64,000 nucleotides of DNA, from the NCBI GenBank assembly GCA_963803705.1, contig CAWDNU010000004.1, positions 416,001-480,000 of the forward strand. The letters run 5' to 3'. A program made the translations under genes and the position numbers. This document shows positions 47,186 to 57,800 of this stretch, in pieces; position 1 is the stretch's first letter; every line of letters begins with the position of its first letter. This DNA is from an uncultured Pseudobdellovibrionaceae bacterium. Lineage in GTDB: Bacteria; Bdellovibrionota; Bdellovibrionia; Bdellovibrionales; UBA1609. Below the pieces are notes generated by a model. It searched no databases. It had not been told where the DNA came from and saw only the letters and a program-made list of their open reading frames with translations.

Positions 47186-47650
47186 ATGGTCGAATTTACC
47201 TTAGAATGTTTTTTGATTTTTTTAATTACTTTTTTAGGTATGGAATTCGCCGCCTGGTGGCTTCATAAATATGTGATGCATGGTTTTTTATGGAGCTTGC
47301 ACATAGACCATCATGTGATTAACAAAAAGCGCTGGTGGCAGCTCAATGATTTTTTTGCTATTTTTTTCGCTATACCTAGTTTTTTTAGCATCCTTTTGTC
47401 ATCGATCTACGGACTACCATTACTAGGGGCATTTGGTTTCGGCATCATGGCCTATGGCGGGGCTTACTTCTTTGTTCATGAAATTATAATTCACCGAAGA
47501 ATCAATCTAAAAGGCTTAAACAAAGGGTTTTATATCAATGGTGTGAAAATGGCTCACCACATACACCACTCTGTTCGAACAAAAGATGGTGCTAAAAACT
47601 TTGGGATGCTGATTGTTTCATTTTCATATTTTAAAAAAAAGCCCCGCTAG
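47186..47650 (+). CDS. crtZ: Beta-carotene 3-hydroxylase
   Basis: MEFAAWWLHKYVMHGFLWSLHIDHH, LNDFFA, FFVHE...HRR, AHHIHH. Confidence 0.9.
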   Translation: MVEFTLECFLIFLITFLGMEFAAWWLHKYVMHGFLWSLHIDHHVINKKRWWQLNDFFAIFFAIPSFFSILLSSIYGLPLLGAFGFGIMAYGGAYFFVHEIIIHRRINLKGLNKGFYINGVKMAHHIHHSVRTKDGAKNFGMLIVSFSYFKKKPR

Positions 47651-47734
47651 TCAAGCTGAACAGGCCAAGGCATTTGGTTTGCTTTAAGGCTAAAATATTT
47701 ACCGTACTATGAGCATGTTTGGCTCTAAGATAAT

Positions 47735-48139
47735 CTAAAGTATGTCACCAACTAAGTCTTTAAAAAGGCTATCTGAAGATTCAATTTGAGGGGATGACCA
47801 AAGTTCGCTTAAGTTTTTGTCGATTTTTATGTCTGATCTTAAATCCGAATTTTTTATAACATATTTTATAGTTACGTCTGGATTGTCTTCTTTTAAATTC
47901 AATGCTTTTTTGTAGTCGCTAAATAATTTGTCTAATACTAAAATAAGTTGGGAGGACTTAAAACCTACGACCTGAGATTTATGAAATAAATAAAATCTAC
48001 CGTTAGAAATAACTCCACTTTTGGCGCTTATAAAACAAGCGTAATCCCAATCTAATGAATGCTGTCCGACAGTTCCAATGATAAACTGCCCTACATCGTT
48101 TAAAACTTGATTTACCACTTCTAAATTTTGCCTTTCCAT
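47735..48139 (-). CDS. Hypothetical protein, weakly immunity-protein (DUF600/YezG)-like
   Basis: 134-aa ORF; helix-W-strands-helix pattern is only suggestive. Confidence 0.4.
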   Translation of the reverse strand: MERQNLEVVNQVLNDVGQFIIGTVGQHSLDWDYACFISAKSGVISNGRFYLFHKSQVVGFKSSQLILVLDKLFSDYKKALNLKEDNPDVTIKYVIKNSDLRSDIKIDKNLSELWSSPQIESSDSLFKDLVGDIL

Positions 48140-48291
48140 CTAAATATTTTAACCCAGTACTCTTGAAATATTAAAAGACATATCGAAAATATGGACTTTG
48201 GTAACCAACAAAGAAGTTTATGGCAATAAAGAAGTAGGCTTTAAATTAATGCATCCAACCTAAAAGAATTGTAAGAATTAATTTCGTAAAC

Positions 48292-48900
48292 CTACTTTTT
48301 TGCAACCCAAACGGTGGCTGGCGGTAAGCTTGCCCAAACTATAGCCTGGGGAGCAACACTTGAAAATGTATGTTCTAGTGATTTCTTAAACCTTTTGAAT
48401 GCACTAAATTGGCTTCCAGTGACGAAATTGTAAAAAGAAAAAATGCCACCTGGCTTTAAGACTTTATGAACTTCAGTCAAAATAGAAGTTTGTAAATCAG
48501 AGTCTAGCACTGACCAAGGTAAACTTGATACAACCACATCTACAGAATTAGGTTTAAAAAAGTCTGACAAAGATTCTGCAGAATTAGTTTTAAATTCATA
48601 AGCCTTAAGCCCATCTAATTGAGCCTTATGCTTAGTGGTAAAGTTTTTACCCAAATAATTAAAAAAAGTCTTATCAATTTCAAAACCTGTGTAGGTGTGT
48701 TGGTCGCCCATGTCATTTAACATAGCAGCGGTCAAAGCACCTGTGCCTACTCCAATTTCTACAATATTAAATCTTTGGGCTATTTCTGATCCTGTAGACA
48801 TAGCTACGGATAATGACTTTGAGGCCGGAAAGATAGTAGACACACCTGCCGGATTATTGATGAACGCTTTGATAAAGCTACTTATTTGCATCAACAACAT
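48292..48900 (-). CDS. Class I SAM methyltransferase, phospholipid N-methyltransferase (PmtA)-like
   Basis: FINNP..V.TIFPAS..L, VEIGVGTGALT, VVSSLPW, LKPGG. Confidence 0.8.
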   Translation of the reverse strand: MLLMQISSFIKAFINNPAGVSTIFPASKSLSVAMSTGSEIAQRFNIVEIGVGTGALTAAMLNDMGDQHTYTGFEIDKTFFNYLGKNFTTKHKAQLDGLKAYEFKTNSAESLSDFFKPNSVDVVVSSLPWSVLDSDLQTSILTEVHKVLKPGGIFSFYNFVTGSQFSAFKRFKKSLEHTFSSVAPQAIVWASLPPATVWVAKK

Positions 48901-48925
48901 TAAACAGAAAAATCATGACTTGGGT

Positions 48926-48960
48926 AAAAAAAAATGAGGTTTTGTGCAAAACCCCATTTT
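48926..48960 (-). terminator. Rho-independent terminator downstream of dnaK
   Basis: Minus strand reads aaaatggggttttg-ca-caaaacctcatttt followed by a T-run. Confidence 0.6.
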
Positions 48961-48976
48961 CTTCGAATTTCTACAT

Positions 48977-49109
48977 TTTCGCATCCGCACCTGCGGTGAT
49001 CAACACCGTTGAGCTTTAGCATCCGCACCTGCGGTGATCAACACCGTTGAGCTTTCGCATCCGCACCTGCGGTTGATCAACACCGTTGAGCTTTCGCATC
49101 CGCACCTGC
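48977..49109. repeat. 38-bp palindromic tandem repeat, ~3.5 copies (TTTCGCATCCGCACCTGCGGTGATCAACACCGTTGAGC)
   Basis: Units at 48977, 49015, 49053 (39 bp) and partial 49092; internal CCGCA-CC-TGCGG and CGGTG-N5-CACCG inverted repeats. Confidence 0.95.
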
Positions 49110-49168
49110 TGTTGTTAGTGCGCTGTCTAGCTCAGCTGAATTTTTTTCAGCTGAGGGCTATTCCTGGA

Positions 49169-51094
49169 CTAGTTTACGTCTTTAAAGTCGGCGTCGATAA
49201 CGTCTCCGTCGTCTTTTTTGCCACTCGCACTGTTGCTATCAGCTTTAGCTGGATCAGCCCCATCGGTAGCTGCCTCACCCTCGCCTTTAGTTTTTTGAGC
49301 TTCATACAAAGCACTACCAACTTTTTGCGCAACAGCCATAAGCTTCTCTTGGGCGGTGTTAATCGCATCTAAATTATCTGCGCTTTTTTCCAACACGTCC
49401 TTAGACTCTTTAATTGCGGCTTCAAGATCGCTTAGGTCTTCGGCTTTAATGCTATCTTTACTGTCTTTAATCAGTTTTTCGTTTTGATAAACCAGATTAT
49501 CCAAATTGTTTCGAGCCATGACCAATTCACGTTTCTGCTTATCGGAATCAGCATTTTGTTCTGCCTCTTCAACCATTCGTTTAATCTCTTCTTCGGTTAA
49601 GCCTGATTTGGCAGTTATTTTAATAGCTTGTTCTTTGCCAGTGCCCTTATCTTTCGCAGTCACATTCAAAATTCCATTAGCATCAATATCAAAGCTGACC
49701 TCAATCTGAGGAACGCCTCGTGGAGCTGTTGGAATACCTGTAAGTTCAAATCGACCTAAAGACTTATTGTCGGCAGCCATTTCACGCTCACCTTGAAGGA
49801 CATGAACGTCTACGGCTGGCTGATTGTCAGCTGCGGTAGAAAAGACCTGAGATTTCTTAGTCGGAATGGTTGTGTTTTTCTCAATCAATTTAGTGAAAAC
49901 TCCACCCATTGTTTCTAAACCCAAAGACAATGGTGTCACATCAAGCAGTAATACATCCTTTACTTCACCAGCTAAAACGCCACCTTGAATACTTGCCCCC
50001 AAAGCAACTACTTCATCCGGGTTTACCGATCTGTTTGGTTCTTTACCAAAAAAGTCCTTAACAGCTTTCTGAACAGCAGGAATTCGCGTCGAGCCCCCCA
50101 CTAAAACAACCTCATCAATTTCAGACTTCTGATATCCAGAATCGTCCATTGCCGTCTTGCAAGGCTTAAGGGTTCTTTTAACTAGCTCTTCGGTTAACTG
50201 ATCAAACTTTGCTCTTGTTAGTTTTAATTGTAAATGCACTGGGCCAGAAGAACCTACAGTAATATAAGGCAAATTTATATCACGTTCAGTCACAGAGCTT
50301 AATTCAACTTTAGTTTTTTCAGCCTCTTCTTTTAGTCTTTGCAGAGCCATCTTGTCGTTCGATAAATCAATACCCTGGTCTTTTTTGAATTCTGAAACCA
50401 TCCAATCTAAAATCAATTCATCAAAATTGTCACCACCAAGTGAAGTGTCACCGTTAGTGGACTTTACTTCTACAACGCCGTCTCCGACTTCAAGAATGGA
50501 AACATCAAAAGTACCACCGCCCAAATCATAAATGGCAATCTTTTGGTCCTTTTTCTTGTCTAAACCATAAGCCAAAGCAGCAGCAGTTGGCTCGTTAATA
50601 ATACGTTTCACATCAAGTCCTGCGATGCGACCTGCATCTTTCGTAGCCTGTCTTTGAGCATCGTTGAAATAAGCTGGTACAGTAATTACAGCATCTGTGA
50701 CCTCTTGCCCTAAATAATCTTCAGCAACTTTTTTTAGTTTACCTAAAACAGCGGCAGAGATCTCTTCAGGGGAGTATATTTTGCCTTGGATATCAAAACC
50801 ACAATCGTTATCTTTTTTGACAACTTTGTAAGCAAACCTTTTAATTTCGTCTTGAACTTCTTCAAACTTGCGTCCAATAAACCTTTTTGCAGAATAAACT
50901 GTGTTTTCTGGATTGGTCACAGTCTGTCTTTTTGCAACTTGACCCACTAATTTCTGACCATCTTTCGTAAATGCAACTACAGAAGGGGTTGTACGTGCGC
51001 CCTCTTCATTAACAATTACTTTTGGCTCTCCACCTTCCATCACTGAAACAACTGAATTTGTAGTTCCTAAATCAATTCCTATTACTTTTCCCAT
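49169..51094 (-). CDS. dnaK: Chaperone DnaK
   Basis: [37 protein letters not shown], terminal DADF. Confidence 0.99.
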   Translation of the reverse strand: MGKVIGIDLGTTNSVVSVMEGGEPKVIVNEEGARTTPSVVAFTKDGQKLVGQVAKRQTVTNPENTVYSAKRFIGRKFEEVQDEIKRFAYKVVKKDNDCGFDIQGKIYSPEEISAAVLGKLKKVAEDYLGQEVTDAVITVPAYFNDAQRQATKDAGRIAGLDVKRIINEPTAAALAYGLDKKKDQKIAIYDLGGGTFDVSILEVGDGVVEVKSTNGDTSLGGDNFDELILDWMVSEFKKDQGIDLSNDKMALQRLKEEAEKTKVELSSVTERDINLPYITVGSSGPVHLQLKLTRAKFDQLTEELVKRTLKPCKTAMDDSGYQKSEIDEVVLVGGSTRIPAVQKAVKDFFGKEPNRSVNPDEVVALGASIQGGVLAGEVKDVLLLDVTPLSLGLETMGGVFTKLIEKNTTIPTKKSQVFSTAADNQPAVDVHVLQGEREMAADNKSLGRFELTGIPTAPRGVPQIEVSFDIDANGILNVTAKDKGTGKEQAIKITAKSGLTEEEIKRMVEEAEQNADSDKQKRELVMARNNLDNLVYQNEKLIKDSKDSIKAEDLSDLEAAIKESKDVLEKSADNLDAINTAQEKLMAVAQKVGSALYEAQKTKGEGEAATDGADPAKADSNSASGKKDDGDVIDADFKDVN

Positions 51095-51352
51095 TTCAAT
51101 ACTCCTTTTAAATATCTAAAATACAAAATCTTTTTGATACGTAAAAGCTGTATCCAGATGTAAGGATGTCAAGCCCTGGCCTTTCAGTTTTTAGATCTTG
51201 TTTGTCTTAATAAAGAAAGTACTATGGCGCGCGTGTCTTTTCCGGTCTTACTTTTAGAAACTATCTCGAAAAATTTAATTGGTTAATATTGGAAAAATGC
51301 GGCGAACTTTTCTAGTTCGTTCGCTCTAGCTCGCTAGAACTTTTGTCAAGGT

Positions 51353-52454
51353 TCACAGAAACCAAGATTTAGATTTTACGTCTATGCCTTTCTTCTTAGC
51401 AATATCACGCAGTGCCTTTTCTTCAGCGGCTTCAAGAGACTTAGGGATTTTAACTTTAACGTAAAATTTCAAATCCCCTTTCACAGAACTGCTTCTTAAT
51501 GAGGAAAAGCCTTTTTTCTTTATTCTCAAAACATCATTGGGAGAAGTTCCAGCAGGTATGGTGACAGTTTTATCACCATCAAATGAGTCTACATCCACTT
51601 CAGTTCCTAGAATAGCTTCCAAATAAGACACTTCGATTTGTGAAATCAGATCCAGACCATCTCTATGAAATTTTTTATCTTCCTGAACACGTATCACTGT
51701 ATAGAGATCACCGGCAGGTCCGCCTTTAGAGCCACGATCCCCTTCGCCACTGACTCTGAGTTGAGTGCCGTTTTCGATGCCTGCTGGGACATCTACCGAA
51801 ATTTTTCTTTGAACACTTTCTCTTCCTGCTCCAGCACAAGACTTGCATTTGTCCTTGATGATTTGACCAGACCCACTACAGTGATGACAACTTGTCGCAA
51901 ATGAAAAGAAACCCTGTTTTTGAACCAGCTGACCTGTCCCTCCGCAGTAAGGACAAGTTTCGGGCTTAGACCCTTTCTTAGCTCCTGAACCATCGCAAGT
52001 AGAACAGTCTCTTTCGGCTTCATAACTAATGTCTTTAGAAAGCCCCGTGTACGATTCCTTCAAAGTTAAATCCAAAAAGTATCTTAAATCAGAACCTCTT
52101 TTAGGACCATTTTTTTGGCTTCTGCCAATCTACCTCTGCCGCTCAGCCTCCAAAGAAGTCTCCAAAAATATCACCAAAGTTATCAAAAATATCAGACGCA
52201 TTATGAAAACCTCCGCGCCCCCATACCACCACTAAAGGCTGCATGTCCATACTGATCATACTTGGCTTTTTTTTGAGCATTGCTCAAGACCTCATAGGCC
52301 TCAGCTGCCACTTTAAAAGTCTCTTCAGCCTCTTTGTTGCCTGGATTCTTATCTGGATGGAACTCCATCGCAATTCTACGATAAGCTTTTTTAATCTCAC
52401 CCGCGATGAGGATTTTGTCACACCTAGCACTTCGTAATAGTCTTGTTTGGCCAT
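51353..52454 (-). CDS. dnaJ: Chaperone DnaJ (at least three frameshifts in the 5' part, likely sequencing indels)
   Basis: [21 protein letters not shown] region [16 protein letters not shown], four CxxCxGxG motifs, in different frames. Confidence 0.9.
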
Positions 52455-52531
52455 AAGGCAAACTTGAGTTTATTTCGGCGTGGGTCAAGTTTTTTCAGTT
52501 CTTTTTTCCAGATTTAAGCTTCTTTTATTCT

Positions 52532-53151
52532 TTATGCCTCAAGACGCTCATTTAAGCTGCGTTTCCATTCTATTGATGTCGTAGAGGCAATCATGCTCGC
52601 AATTAGAGCTTCACTCACCTCAAAGCTTCCTGATCGTTCATATAATCTAGCTGCTAATGATTTGGTCCAAAATGGTGCGCCATTATCGGCTGCCTGGTTA
52701 AGAAGATCTGCCGCTCTTTGGTCTTCACCAAGCTCAATCAAATAATGGTATCCCGCTCGGTAATTAATCACCCAGTCATCGGGATAAGCTTCTAATCCTC
52801 GGTCAAAGATCACTTTGGCCCCGTAATCATCATCCAGCATAATGCTTAGGCCAGTGGCTCCGTAAACATATAGAGATTTGAACCTAGGAGCAAGAATCAG
52901 GCCTCATCCAAAACACGAAATCCCCAATTCTGATAGCATAGGTTAGCTTCCTTGCAATTCCAGACATTTTGAACATAGTTAAGCCAAAGGAAGTCAGATA
53001 AAACCTCGTTGAAACCAAAGTGGGCGTACTCCATGCCTTGAGGTGGTGGTAATACTTTGTCAGTTTTTGAAATTTAGTTTATTTATAAAATAAGGCTCAT
53101 GAAAATAAATGTGAAAATTAAAATAAAATTCGTGAAATTAAATCTGGTCAT
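52532..53151 (-). CDS. PilG-like (Myxococcus pilGHI-type) TPR pilus-associated protein, frameshifted
   Basis: Fragments FGFNEVLSDFLWL, LAPRFKSLYVYGAT, RGLEAYPDDWVINYRAGYHY; immediately downstream of the pilin. Confidence 0.55.
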
Positions 53152-53167
53152 ATGCTAATTGTAATCC

Positions 53168-53205
53168 AAAAAAAAAGGCCACAAAGTGATTTATGGCCTT
53201 TTTTT
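53168..53205 (-). terminator. Terminator after pilin gene
   Basis: aaaaaaaggcca...tggccttttttt inverted repeat with A/T runs on both sides. Confidence 0.65.
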
Positions 53206-53221
53206 ATCTTCAACTATTGAA

Positions 53222-53748
53222 CTAGATTTTAGTTCTCAACATCTCGTCACCAGGTGGCTGAGTTAATACTTTGAAGTGATTCATGTTCCAGTGATCTATA
53301 ACTGGATCAGCATCTATATTTCCGTGAGCACCAGCAATAAAGGTGACTGCGATTAGCACTGTCCCGGTAGGGTAGCAGCCAAAGGCCCCATTTCACACTC
53401 AACCCCTACAATTAAGCACATCTTACTCTTGCTCTAACCTGGACGGCAGGGACACCTCGTGTAACTTGGATGACCTGGGGGACCATTGGTGGGTGCGCCA
53501 TCCGAATCCTAAGTTATAGTTCCCGACTGATCATAACCAAGAGCTCTGAAGTCACCATAATACTGGTTCCATTCTGCTTGAAAGGTTTTCATGGTAGTAA
53601 ATAAAGAAGATAAATTTGTCTTAGCTTCACTTTGTTTCGCTTTCTTTTGGAAGTTTTGATATTGTGGAACAGCAATCGTCGATAAAATACCGATGATCAC
53701 AACCACGATCATTAATTCAATTAAAGAAAAGCCCTTTTGATTTTTCAT
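53222..53748 (-). CDS. pilA: Type IV pilin (major pilin-like), frameshifted in the middle
   Basis: Prepilin [33 protein letters not shown]; out-of-frame C-terminal [18 protein letters not shown] typical of deltaproteobacterial pilins. 3' end approximate. Confidence 0.8.
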
Positions 53749-53933
53749 ATTTAATACTCCTTAATCTTTTGTTAAAATTTATTAGGTCTTTTTGCATATG
53801 TTCTTATCGTCATTTTAGGTTTAAACAAAAGGTAAATGCTAGTCCAGATTTCAAATTTGGGCTCTTTAGGGACAATAACAACAAAAAGGTGGTGTCTGTA
53901 GTAACCTGCAACTAAAGGATTAAGGATTAAGTA

Positions 53934-54238
53934 ATGAGTAAAACAAAGCAACATTCCGACAGTTGATCATTTTGAGACATCTAGAAATTAAAATCCCTTC
54001 TATCTATAAAGTTATATTATTAAATGATGATTTTACACCTATGGATTTTGTAATTTATGTTCTTCAAGACGTCTTTAACCATGAAAGCGCTCATGAAATT
54101 ATGACTTCGATTCATGAAAAAGGTTCTGGAGTCGCAGGTCAGTTCACGAAGGAAGTCGCTGAGACTAAAATTGATCAGGTCGGCCAACTTGCCAAAGACC
54201 AGAAGTTTCCCTTACGGTGTAAAATGGAGAAAGACTAA
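53934..54238 (+). CDS. clpS: ATP-dependent Clp protease adaptor ClpS (probable 5' frameshift)
   Basis: YKVILLNDDFTPMDFVIYVL, IHEKG, VAETK, FPLRC. Confidence 0.9.
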
Positions 54239-56393
54239 TGCTTTCATTTGACCTTCAAATTATCCTTCAAAAAGCCACTGAAAAGGCGGTTGTAAAGAAT
54301 CACGAGTTTGTTACCCTTGAGCACTTACTTGAACAGTTTTGTGTTTCGAATGAGGGAACTGAGTTTTTCACGTGGGCGGGAATACCTATGCAGCCTGTAC
54401 TGATTGAAACGCAGGATGTCATTGAAAGAAATGTCCCTGTTAAGAGTGGCGTACAACCTGATCTTACCTTGGCGGTGCATAGGTGCATCAATAGAGCGTT
54501 GAATCAGGCGCAGTCGGCGGGTAAAAGCTCGATTCAGAGCGTCACGTCTTAATTGCCATTTTTGACGAAGATGATTGTTTTGCATCTTACATTCTAGGTA
54601 AAAATGGAATTGATCCTTTGCTGTTGATGGACTTTCTTAGCCGAGAATTCAGGTGAAGATATGACAACTTCGTTGACCCAGAAATACACTAAAGATCTTA
54701 ACTTACTTATTTATAATGATCCGCACCCACTTATAGGGCGTGAAGAAGACTTAAAAAGTCTTTACCGAACACTTCTGAGAAAAAATAAAAATCACTGTTT
54801 GATTGTTGGACCCTCAGGCGTTGGTAAGACAGCCTTTGTTAAGGGTTTTGTGCAAGCCGTTCTTGATGAGACCGTACCACAAGCTTTGAAGAATGTTAAA
54901 GTCTATTATTTAGAACTTGGTGTATTGATGGCTGGTACCAAATACCGCGGAGACTTAGAGTCTCGAGTAGACAGTTTGTTTAAAGAGCTTGAACAAGAAA
55001 GTATGAATGTTGTGTTTATTGACGAAATACATTAATGGTAGGCGCAGGTAGAACTTCAGGGTCAAATTCAGACTTATCCAGCTTGCTTAAACCTTTCTTA
55101 GAAGCATCAAAGATCAGATTTATAGGCGTTACCACCCTCCAAGACTTTAGGAAGAATATGGAATCAGATCCAACTTTTTCTAGGCTCTTTCAAAAACTTG
55201 AACTGGAAGAGCCAAGTTTTGATGAGTGTGGAAACTTAGTTCAAGGGTTAATACCTAGCTATGAAACCCACCACGATGTTAAGTACCAATCAAAAGCTGT
55301 TGAATTAAGTATAAAACTTTCAGGAAAGCATATGTTTGACCGTAAATGGCCGGATAAAGCGCTGGATGTTTTAGACGAAGCTGGTTCAATGACAAGACTA
55401 CTAAGTCTAAAAAATGTTACGTTGAAAACAGTAGAAAAGGTCATTGCAAAGATGGCAAAAATCCCAGAAGAAACTGCAGAACAAGATGAAGTTCAACTTC
55501 TTAAAAATCTTGAGTCAAATATTAAGTCTAAAATCTTTGGGCAAGACAGTTCTATAAAGGAACTAGTTGCAGCAATCCAGTATTCTAGATCGGGCTTAGG
55601 ACCAAAACAAGGTCCTATTGGCAGCTTTTTATTTACAGGTCCCACTGGGGTCGGAAAAACCGAAGTAAGCCGAACTTTGGCTGAAAATCTTGGCGTTAAA
55701 TTTATAAAATTTGATATGAGTGAGTATATGGAAAAACATAGCGTTTCTAAATTAATTGGCGCCCCACCAGGCTACGTTGGTTACGACGAGGGCGGCCAGC
55801 TAACAACCACTATTCGTGAAACCCCCCATGCAGTTTTACTTTTAGACGAGATTGAAAAAGCTCACCCTGATTTGTTAAACGTTTTATTGCAAGTCATGGA
55901 CTCGGGAACTTTAACAGACTCGCAAGGCAAGCTTGTCAACTTTTCAAATGTAGTAATTATTATGACCTCAAACCTTGGTGCCAGAGAAGCCAATAAAAAC
56001 CAAATGGGTCTAGTCAGAAGTAGCGAAAGTAGGTTCACTGATGAAGCTGTAAAAAGATTTTTTTCTCCTGAATTTATTAACAGATTAACTAGCATCATTA
56101 AATTTTCGGCCCTACCAAAAGAACACTTATTAGACGTTATCACAAAGTTTTTAAATGAGCTAAAAGATCAGGTGAAACAAAAAGGTGTTGATTTAAGTTG
56201 GTCCGACGCGGTTCCCCAGTATATATTTCTGAAAGGTTACGATCCACTAATGGGTGCAAGGCCATTCCAAAGAACTATAAGCGCTCACGTGAAAAAAGTC
56301 CTTGTAGAGCCACTTTTGTTTCAGAAAGGTGAAACCAAAACTATGAGCCTTGAAGTCAAAGACGATAAGATTCAGCTTAAGCAAAGCTCATAG
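54238..56393 (+). CDS. clpA: ATP-dependent Clp protease ATPase ClpA, split into three ORFs by frameshifts
   Basis: HEFVTLEHLL; GPSGVGKT, GTKYRGD, FIDEIH; GPTGVGKTE, DMSEYMEKHSVSKLIGAPPGYVG; follows clpS. Confidence 0.9.
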
Positions 56394-56542
56394 CATTTAA
56401 AATATAGAATAAATTGATTGTCTTAGCCTCATAAGGCTCAGTCATACGTTTGTAATATTCTTGCAGTCGCAGAACATTACAAGCCGAGCTCGCTTTTAAG
56501 GCTAAGACAATCAATTTATTCTATATTTTAAAATGCTATGAG
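56387..56542. repeat. Long inverted repeat 1 (~43-bp arms, 56387-56429 / 56499-56542) with inner hairpin
   Basis: Arms are reverse complements except one indel; left arm includes the clpA stop; inner ttgtaatattct...agaacattacaa. Confidence 0.9.
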
Positions 56543-56602
56543 GCAGATTCCCATGACCTCAGCTGCTGCGACGGGCTTGACCCAGTAGACTTAAGACTCA
56601 TA

Positions 56603-56795
56603 TTTGGTTTATAGTAATTTTGCTGAGGATTTTTAATGTTTTAAATTTCTTGCCTATTACTTAAAAGGTTTTGAACTCGTTGGCGCGCAACATTGCGAAC
56701 GCAATGTAAGTGTCAAGGTCTGTGCAAAATTTTTTAAGTAATAAGCAAGAAATTTAAAACATTAAAAATCCTCAGCAAAATTACTATAAACCAAA
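56603..56795. repeat. Long inverted repeat 2 (71-bp arms, 56603-56673 / 56725-56795) with inner hairpin
   Basis: Three mismatches across 71 bp; central acattgcg-aa-cgcaatgt. Confidence 0.95.
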
Positions 56796-56819
56796 CATTT
56801 GTATAAAGGTGACCTAAAC

Positions 56820-57737
56820 ATGACATACATCAAACGAACCTTCTTTTTTATTTTAGTAAACGTAGCGATAATAACCACTCTGTCAGCCCTCGTTTTTGGA
56901 ATTGAGGCTTACACTGGCTATTCATTAGGACAAAATTTCACTGGCTTGATTGCACTTTATACCATCTTTGGTATGGGTGGCGCATTCTTTTCACTATTCA
57001 CCTCAAAGTGGATGGTTAAGCGTGGCATGGGCGTTAAGGTGATTTCACCCACCACTCAAAATTCTACCGAGAAGTGGATCCTGAACTCTGTTTACCAGTA
57101 TGCTAGAAGTGCAGGTTTAAAAAATATGCCTGAAGTAGGCATTTATAATTCCCCTGAAATGAATGCATTTGCTACAGGCCCCTCGAAAAACAATTCATTG
57201 GTTGCAGTGTCTTCAGGCTTGCTAGAATCCATGAGCAAAGATGAAGTCGAGGGAGTAATAGGTCACGAGATTGCTCATATAGCCAATGGGGACATGGTTA
57301 CATTGACCCTTATCCAAGGTGTGGTGAATACCATAGCCATGTTACTTGCTCGATTAATTACTGAAGTGATCGCATCTAAAATGGATTCTAAAGGTCGAGG
57401 AATGTCACAGTTTTTTATCTATATGTTTGTGGTTAACATTTTGGGAATCTTTGGATCCATCGTGGTAAATTGGTTTTCTAGACACAGGGAATTTCGCGCA
57501 GATCACGGTGGGGCTAAGTACGCAGGTCGGGATAAGATGGTTAAGGCTCTAGAAAAACTTCAAGAAGGACAGCGAAGAGTCAAAAATCAAGTGCCACCGA
57601 AGAACAGTGATCAACCAGCAGCGGTAGCAGCACTTAAAATCTCTGGATACAGTAAGGGGTCATTTCTAAAACGGCTGTTTATGACTCACCCACCTTTAGA
57701 AGAGCGGATACACGCCCTTCGTTCTAATTCTTTATAG
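56820..57737 (+). CDS. htpX: Zinc metalloprotease HtpX
   Basis: NAFATG, GHEIAHIANGDMVT, FSRHREFRAD, THPPLEERI. Confidence 0.97.
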   Translation: MTYIKRTFFFILVNVAIITTLSALVFGIEAYTGYSLGQNFTGLIALYTIFGMGGAFFSLFTSKWMVKRGMGVKVISPTTQNSTEKWILNSVYQYARSAGLKNMPEVGIYNSPEMNAFATGPSKNNSLVAVSSGLLESMSKDEVEGVIGHEIAHIANGDMVTLTLIQGVVNTIAMLLARLITEVIASKMDSKGRGMSQFFIYMFVVNILGIFGSIVVNWFSRHREFRADHGGAKYAGRDKMVKALEKLQEGQRRVKNQVPPKNSDQPAAVAALKISGYSKGSFLKRLFMTHPPLEERIHALRSNSL

Positions 57738-57800
57738 TTATAAAGGTAATACTTTTAAAACTTCCTGGCTTAGCTGCTAAGTTCAGGTATATGTGATCAA

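Noticed and set aside
48977..49109. CRISPR array (38-bp palindromic repeats)
   Set aside because: No spacers and no cas genes.
49034..49372. 112-aa plus-strand ORF overlapping dnaK
   Set aside because: Derived from the tandem repeat and the dnaK antisense strand.
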